A stretch of DNA of 12,988 bases from Pseudomonadota bacterium (GTDB lineage Bacteria; UBA10199; 2-02-FULL-44-16; JBDRGF01), in NCBI GenBank assembly GCA_043818055.1, contig JBDRGF010000027.1:1-12988 (forward strand). Reading direction: 5' to 3'. Under the pieces are notes generated by a model that was not told the DNA's origin, searched no databases, and worked only from the letters and a program-made list of their open reading frames with translations. Below are positions 7,655 through 12,988 of this stretch, piece after piece. Numbering within the stretch: the first letter of the stretch is position 1; each line of letters starts with the position of its first letter. Both the position numbers and the translations under genes were made by a program.

Positions 7655-7779
7655 GAGCCTGTTGCCGAACTGAAATGTAGGGGCAACCCCCCGCCTGCCC
7701 GCCTCTGGAGGGTGGTTGCCCTCTTATAAGGGCATGCTCCTACAAAAACATCAAAAAAACGGACTTCGGAAACAGGTTC
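7655..7779. mobile_element. Degenerate MITE-like element enclosing a GTAG REP doublet
   Basis: GAGCCTGTTGCCGAACT (7655-7671) vs ACTTCGGAAACAGGTTC (7763-7779), 14/17 inverted match; inside are GTAG-GGGCAACC...GGTTGCCC (7677-7721) and a shortened partner GGGCATGCTC-CTAC (7730-7743). Confidence 0.6.
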
Positions 7780-7795
7780 CTTTTCCAAAGAATTA

Positions 7796-8971
7796 TTATG
7801 AGCATGTGACTGTCTGCTCTGCAGAATCGAGCACAGTCGAGCTCCCCGATTCATATCCCTTAACCTCAACCTTGATGCTGGTTGGCGCGGTGTATGTATC
7901 GTATATATAAGTTCCAACCCATGTAACGGTTTCAGTAGAACTCGTTGCCTTCGAGCAGGTGCCAAGCCCACCGGTCTGTGACCAGCCCTGACAGGTGAGA
8001 ACAGAGGGCTCAAAAAGATCGCTTCCATCCTTGCTGAAAAAGATAGTGACTACATTCATATTTCCGCCGCCACCACTCCCTTCAGCCGAGATGGCGATAT
8101 GGATCGATTGGTCGCGGTTAGTAGTGCGCGTGCATGAGAAAGCCCCGATGCTGACGCTGCCGCTGCCAGTGTCGCCGCCCGATGGTGCAGGAATAGTCGG
8201 CTTTGTGAAATTTTGTGCGCCAGAGATGAAGTCGTTATAGGTTGTGTCCGGCACTTCCGAGAGCCAGCTCTCAAAGATCGTCTTTGGAGCGTCGTCGTTT
8301 GCGATGGCACCCAGAAGATCACTTAAATTTGCTAAATCTGGAGTCGTGCCGGGATTGTTGTTAAAGTAGTTGTCGAGGGAGTCGTTCAACACCTGCATCT
8401 GAGCCTGGTCCATCTTGAGACATTTGCTCGCGTTGAATAGCATGATGTTCTGGCCGCAGGCATATCTTGTGATGATCGTCGTGTTGACGTTTGGATTTAC
8501 TGAAACGGTTGTCACCTCGGTTGAGTCGGTTGGGAGCAGATCCTGTGGAATGGGGGCGAGTACCGTGTAATCATCGCTCGAGCTGGGAGGTGCTGCACAC
8601 ACGAAGAGCTGTCTCGAGGTCGGAATGTCGCTGTAGTCGATGCTTATCGTGAAGGCTCCGTTCGAGTCGGCTAGGACTGTTGCTTGTCCGGAGAGTGGTT
8701 GCAAGGTATTGTCTTGAATTGTGCATACATTGACATGTGCGCCACTGAGTCCTGAGGATGAAAATGCCTTCGCAATTTTAGCGAAAAAACCTATCACATG
8801 AGCAAATAATCCCTCCTGCCTCGAGATGGATGACTGCTGGCTGGAGCCTGTTGTCACAGTTCCCGTTATCGTGATGCTGCCACCGCCGCTATCGCCGCCA
8901 CTGCTAGAGGAGCTTCCGCACGCCGCCATCAGGGATATGATCAAAATTGCGATAATAAATTTAATTCTCAT
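7796..8971 (-). CDS. Cys-rich, Ser/Thr/Gly-rich lipoprotein of unknown function (391 aa)
   Basis: MRIKFIIAILIISLMAA-C is a type II signal with lipobox, followed by a GSSSSSGGDSGGG tether; start at 8971 with GGGGG upstream; tandem TAA TAA stops; eight further Cys. Confidence 0.82.
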   Translation of the reverse strand: MRIKFIIAILIISLMAACGSSSSSGGDSGGGSITITGTVTTGSSQQSSISRQEGLFAHVIGFFAKIAKAFSSSGLSGAHVNVCTIQDNTLQPLSGQATVLADSNGAFTISIDYSDIPTSRQLFVCAAPPSSSDDYTVLAPIPQDLLPTDSTEVTTVSVNPNVNTTIITRYACGQNIMLFNASKCLKMDQAQMQVLNDSLDNYFNNNPGTTPDLANLSDLLGAIANDDAPKTIFESWLSEVPDTTYNDFISGAQNFTKPTIPAPSGGDTGSGSVSIGAFSCTRTTNRDQSIHIAISAEGSGGGGNMNVVTIFFSKDGSDLFEPSVLTCQGWSQTGGLGTCSKATSSTETVTWVGTYIYDTYTAPTSIKVEVKGYESGSSTVLDSAEQTVTCS

Positions 8972-9044
8972 CCAGGCCCCCATCGTTATAAAGCAATCCA
9001 TTTTGTTGAATTGGTGCATAAAATGAAGTAGAGTAACTTCTAAA

Positions 9045-9179
9045 TAGTGGCTGTCTCGAAATACTAAAGAACAGCAAGCCTGTCATTCTGAGCAAAGCGA
9101 AGAATCTTGTTATTTCGAACACTTAAGATCCTTCGCTTAGTTCAGGATGACAAAAAAGTGAATTTTTCAACAGTCACTA
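9045..9179. mobile_element. MITE-like element enclosing a TGTCA-type REP doublet
   Basis: Ends TAGTGGCTGT (9045-9054) and ACAGTCACTA (9170-9179) match 9/10 as inverted repeats (13/18 extended), TA at both ends. Inside, TGTCATTCTGAGCAAAGCGAAGAATCT (9081-9107) and AGATCCTTCGCTTAGTTCAGGATGACA (9126-9152) match 23/27 as inverted repeats. Confidence 0.72.
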
Positions 9180-9189
9180 AACATTATTC

Positions 9190-10590
9190 ATGAAAAAAAG
9201 ATCTGCCAAAACTTTTATCATACTGCTTGGGCTTTTCATAGCCCTTTTCTCCATCATCTCTGTCCAGATGGCCGATGCAGCCTCATCCAAAAAAGTAAAA
9301 CAGAAGAGCTCGCACGCTGAGAAGGTCGATAAGAAGATTGAAAGGATGGAGGAGGAGATTCAGGAGTCGGCTGAGAGTTATAAAGATGGAGATTTTTGGG
9401 GTTTTCAAGATGAGGATAAAAAAAAGGGAAAGAAAAATGTCGGCAAGTATCTCCTGAGGGCACCGACATATATCACACGCGCCATCACCTGGCCGCTGGC
9501 TATCTTTGGAGATTTTCTCATCAAGAAGGGGGTGGTGAGGGACATAGTCGAAGTTATCTCAAATGACGACCGGACGTTTTGGGTATATCCGAAGCTTGAA
9601 TTGGGCTTCGGTTCAGGATTTGGCGGAGGCATAGGTGTGAAACACACCGATCTCCTGGGTGAAAACTATCAGTTTTCAGCCGACTATCTGATACATATCA
9701 ACATGAATCAGAAAGTGGGAGTATCCCTTGGAAAGCCGGATGCCTTTTATATAAAGGACAAACCCGTAGGTTATGAATTATCAACAAAGTATATACACAC
9801 AAACAATGCTTCATATTATGGCCTTGGCATAGACTCTTCGATAAACAATCACTCTCATTACAAGATAGATGGTATGGAAATTGGTGGATGGTTTGGCTAT
9901 GAATTTTGGAAAAATCTTCTTGGCGACATTCATCTCTATGTTCAGGCCGACGCGACTGAACCAAAGACCTATAACGGACGCAGTATTGACGCAGTCTTTC
10001 CGCCATCACAGTTGATAGGCCTAAACGATTCCCAATATTTTTTCGATATCGGTTTGAGGTTCACCCATGATGACACGAGTGACGAAGCAGTCCCTGAAAA
10101 GGGTGGCTTCAGAAGGATCTCCTTCGATCGTTTTCAGGGGCCCAACACGACAAAAAATGATTACAATCAATATGAGCTGGAACTGATACAGTATATTAAA
10201 CTTTGGGCGGACAGGCATGTGCTCTTGTTGAGGACGGACTGGATTTATAAGCAGGTCTTTGGCGGCAACAAGATACCCTTCTATCGTCTTGCAAGATTGG
10301 ATGTGCATTCGCCGTTACGCAGTTACGATGTAGGCCGCTTCCAGGACAGAGGCAGGGCTGTTTTCAATATCGAATATTACTACCCTGTCTGGAGCTTTAT
10401 CGACGGTGTATTCTTCTTTGATACGGGGCGCACCTTTCACGATTTCTCTGACCTATCGATCAATAAATTCAAAGTCTCAGGAGGAGGTGGCATCACCTTG
10501 AGATCGATAGAATTCTTCCTCTTCAAATTTCAGATCGCCTACGGTGGTGAAGGGGTCAATTTTCTGATGAAAGCGAGCAAGAGTTTTTGA
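9190..10590 (+). CDS. Omp85 (BamA/TamA superfamily) outer-membrane beta-barrel protein, no evident POTRA domains
   Basis: Signal peptide (ADA); alternating amphipathic beta strands; loop-6 motif LRSYDVGRFQD (cf. VRGY/F); FFDTGR; SGGGGITL; C-terminal Phe. Confidence 0.82.
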   Translation: MKKRSAKTFIILLGLFIALFSIISVQMADAASSKKVKQKSSHAEKVDKKIERMEEEIQESAESYKDGDFWGFQDEDKKKGKKNVGKYLLRAPTYITRAITWPLAIFGDFLIKKGVVRDIVEVISNDDRTFWVYPKLELGFGSGFGGGIGVKHTDLLGENYQFSADYLIHINMNQKVGVSLGKPDAFYIKDKPVGYELSTKYIHTNNASYYGLGIDSSINNHSHYKIDGMEIGGWFGYEFWKNLLGDIHLYVQADATEPKTYNGRSIDAVFPPSQLIGLNDSQYFFDIGLRFTHDDTSDEAVPEKGGFRRISFDRFQGPNTTKNDYNQYELELIQYIKLWADRHVLLLRTDWIYKQVFGGNKIPFYRLARLDVHSPLRSYDVGRFQDRGRAVFNIEYYYPVWSFIDGVFFFDTGRTFHDFSDLSINKFKVSGGGGITLRSIEFFLFKFQIAYGGEGVNFLMKASKSF

Positions 10591-10600
10591 TGGACTGTAG

Positions 10601-12865
10601 TTAAAAGTTTTTAGGTTTTCTTAAGGCCTTTTTTATATTCTCCACAGTGATCGGTAATTCGTATATCCTTTTACCCAGAGCATAATAGACTGCGTTTGCA
10701 ACCGCCGCTCCCATTAGTTCGTTGGTCGGTTCGCCAAGAGATTTCGCGCCCCATGGACCATGGCTGTCAGGATTTTCTACGAGGATCGCCTCCATCTCGG
10801 GGATGTCTGTCGATTTTGGAATTCTGTATGTGTTGAAGTTCAGGTTTTGAATCACTCCATCCTTGTGCTCGACCTTTTCCATCAGCGCAAAGCCAAGCCC
10901 CATGACGATTCCGCCAAATATTTGTCCGAGCGCCATCTCAGGGTTGATCGCCTTTCCAACATCGTGCGCGGCCACGACCTTTTGAACATCGACCTTGCCA
11001 CTTTTTCCGTCTATTGAAAGTTCTACTGCCTGGCAGCCGTAAACATATGTGAAGTATGCGTTGCCGTGTCCTGTATCCTCGTCCCATGAAACATCGGGCC
11101 CCTTCCATAGGCCGACGGCGTGCAGGTAGTGCTTGTTTTGGTAACACTTTTTGACGGCCTCTTCGAATGTAACGCTCTTACAATTTTTAGGATGGATGAT
11201 CTTTCCATCTTTATAGCGATAATCATCTGATTTGCCGATCATCTCAGCGATATGTGGACGCATGATCTTCTTGATGCGTGTCGCAGCATCGATCACGGCA
11301 TTTCCACCGACTAACGTCCCGCGCGAAGCTACAGTCGGGCCGCCGTCCGGGACGGAGCTCGTGTCGGTATCGACGAATGTAATCTTAGATGAATCGATTC
11401 CAAGCTCTCCGGCGAGGAGCGTTGTCATAACAGTCTTTAATCCCTGCCCATTTTCGGATACACCCGATTCGAGGAGGATCGAACCATCCTCCATGATCTT
11501 CACAACCGCGGAACAAAAATCATTTCCCTCAGCACCTAAAGATACGCCGCGATAGCTGCACGCGAAGCCGACGCCATAATAGTTTCCATTCGCGTCAGGT
11601 TTTCCAAGACTCACATTCTTAAATTTTTCATTCCATTTGAATCTCGTTAGTGCTTGATCGACAACCTCTTCGATCGATACTTTATGTTTGTTCAGTTTCT
11701 GTTTCGTATGTGTTGTTTCATTCTGTCTGAAGAAATTTTGTTTTCTAAACTCCCACGGGTCGATGCCCAACTCTTTAGCGCACTCATCGATTGTCGATTC
11801 TATTATGAATGTCGATTGTGGAGTTCCAAATCCTCGCATCGCTCCCGTATATGTGTTGTTGGTATATACGGCGCGGGTGTCACAGTGAACATTCTTTACC
11901 TTGTATGGGCCAGTGCACTGAACAGTAGGGCGCCAGATTACGAATGGTGATGTCGAACAATATGGGCCGCTGTCCGCTGTGAGATCGACGACCATTGCCT
12001 GAATCTTTCCGGCCTTGTCGATTCCCACTTTATATTTCGCCTTGAATGGATGACGTTTGTAGCTCTCGCGGAATGACTCCTCGCGCTTTAGTGTGATCTT
12101 GACCGGCTTTTGAGTCTTGATGGCTGCTAGCGCCGTTCGGGCGCTTACGAGCGCTATCGTGTCATCTTTCCCGCCAAAACCGCCACCGAGTGTCGTCTGA
12201 ATGATCTGCACAGAACTCAGCGGCAGGTCGCAAACTGCTGCGACGACTTTGCGTACGCTGAACGGGTGCTGTGTTGAGCTATAGACCGTCACACTCCCGT
12301 CCGGGTTTGGTATCGCAACAGCCGATTCCGGCTCCATATAAGCGTGTTCGATAAAGCTCGTCTCAAACTCGCGCTCAATTTTATGTTCGCATTTTTCAAA
12401 TGTTTTAACGGCATCGCCTGTTCGGACTTTGAAGGATGATACGATGTTGTCTCGCTCGACGTGAATCCGAGGTGAGCTATCTTTTAAGGCTTCCTGAGGG
12501 TCCGTCAAAGGGGGGAGTGGAGAATATTTAACATTGATAAGTTTGAGCGCATCTCGCGCCTTCGCTTCACTTTGGGCAACTACGACAGCCAGCACATCAC
12601 CCATGTATCGAACCTTGTCGGTGACGAGCACAAAGTGATCCCATATCACGCCGCAAGCTTGTAGCTTTCCCGGAACATCCTTTGCAAGGAGTATCGCCTC
12701 AACTCCATCAGCCTTTGAGACTTCTGTAATATCTATGTTTTCGACTTTGGCAAATGGGTATTCGGAATAAAGCTGGGCAGCATATAACATCCCGTCTAGA
12801 TTGATATCATCGGCATAGATCGCCTTGCCAGTGACCTTTTCATATGCATCAACGCGCTTGACCAT
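10601..12865 (-). CDS. Xanthine dehydrogenase-family molybdopterin-binding subunit
   Basis: RVDAYEKVTGKAIYADD, HAYMEPE, STQHP, GGGFGGK, KRHP, AMRGFG, ENGQG, TVASRGT, HDVGKAINP, GQIFGG, GAKSLGEP (catalytic Glu). ATG 12865 is preferred over TTG 12931; the start is uncertain. Confidence 0.93.
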   Translation of the reverse strand: MVKRVDAYEKVTGKAIYADDINLDGMLYAAQLYSEYPFAKVENIDITEVSKADGVEAILLAKDVPGKLQACGVIWDHFVLVTDKVRYMGDVLAVVVAQSEAKARDALKLINVKYSPLPPLTDPQEALKDSSPRIHVERDNIVSSFKVRTGDAVKTFEKCEHKIEREFETSFIEHAYMEPESAVAIPNPDGSVTVYSSTQHPFSVRKVVAAVCDLPLSSVQIIQTTLGGGFGGKDDTIALVSARTALAAIKTQKPVKITLKREESFRESYKRHPFKAKYKVGIDKAGKIQAMVVDLTADSGPYCSTSPFVIWRPTVQCTGPYKVKNVHCDTRAVYTNNTYTGAMRGFGTPQSTFIIESTIDECAKELGIDPWEFRKQNFFRQNETTHTKQKLNKHKVSIEEVVDQALTRFKWNEKFKNVSLGKPDANGNYYGVGFACSYRGVSLGAEGNDFCSAVVKIMEDGSILLESGVSENGQGLKTVMTTLLAGELGIDSSKITFVDTDTSSVPDGGPTVASRGTLVGGNAVIDAATRIKKIMRPHIAEMIGKSDDYRYKDGKIIHPKNCKSVTFEEAVKKCYQNKHYLHAVGLWKGPDVSWDEDTGHGNAYFTYVYGCQAVELSIDGKSGKVDVQKVVAAHDVGKAINPEMALGQIFGGIVMGLGFALMEKVEHKDGVIQNLNFNTYRIPKSTDIPEMEAILVENPDSHGPWGAKSLGEPTNELMGAAVANAVYYALGKRIYELPITVENIKKALRKPKNF

Positions 12866-12922
12866 GGCAGGACTTTCTCCTAAAGGAGTATGAAAGTCAA
12901 TTTGGTTTGAAAGGAGGATGAT

Positions 12923-12944
12923 ATCTTTCAACTTCGCTCAGGAT
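12923..12944 (-). repeat. Single remnant of the TGTCA-type REP
   Basis: Minus strand reads ATCCTGAGCGAAGTTGAAAGAT, similar to ATCCTGAACTAAGCGAAGGAT / ATTCTGAGCAAAGCGAAGAAT at 9081-9152. Confidence 0.5.
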
Positions 12945-12988
12945 CCTCGAAGTTTCAGATCAATCCGCATGTAGTGGATTAATGAAAC

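Noticed and set aside
7591..8028. 145-aa minus ORF and 64-aa plus ORF (7716-7910)
   Set aside because: They run through repeat remnants and overlap the lipoprotein; no domain or RBS.
8972..9019. Longer start for the lipoprotein (MHQFNK...)
   Set aside because: A canonical type II signal peptide begins at Met 8971.
5905..9179. CRISPR array suggested by multiple palindromes
   Set aside because: The repeats are inverted doublets of different sequence, not direct repeats with regular spacers; no cas genes are present.
966..11950. Other short ORFs nested in or antisense to the main genes
   Set aside because: Shadow ORFs with no motifs, fully inside confidently assigned CDSs.
12866..12931. N-terminal extension of Xdh from TTG 12931
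   Set aside because: The TTG lies inside a REP remnant and recognisable family similarity starts near VKRVDA; not fully excluded.

Overview
Bacterial chromosomal window, probably from a diderm (Omp85 barrel, lipoprotein); a deltaproteobacteria-like origin is only an impression. Both ends carry genes resembling the anaerobic purine/urate degradation cluster: a 5'-truncated cyclic amidohydrolase, a YgeY-like M20 hydrolase and a knotted YgeW-like carbamoyltransferase on +, and a xanthine dehydrogenase-family Mo subunit on -. Between them lie about 7 kb of envelope/signalling genes: a CHASE2 class III adenylate cyclase, a secreted SH3b-like protein, an M48 metalloprotease, a Cys-rich lipoprotein and an apparently POTRA-less Omp85 protein. 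Most intergenic gaps from 3.6 kb onward hold small palindromic elements. Three times, a pair of REP-like palindromes is nested inside a different pair of IS-like terminal inverted repeats, with compensatory base changes in the intact copies. There is also an inverted heptamer array and an orphan 116-aa ORF with a perfect Shine-Dalgarno. No transposase, CRISPR array, tRNA or rRNA was seen. All family calls come from motif recognition by eye; no searches were run.
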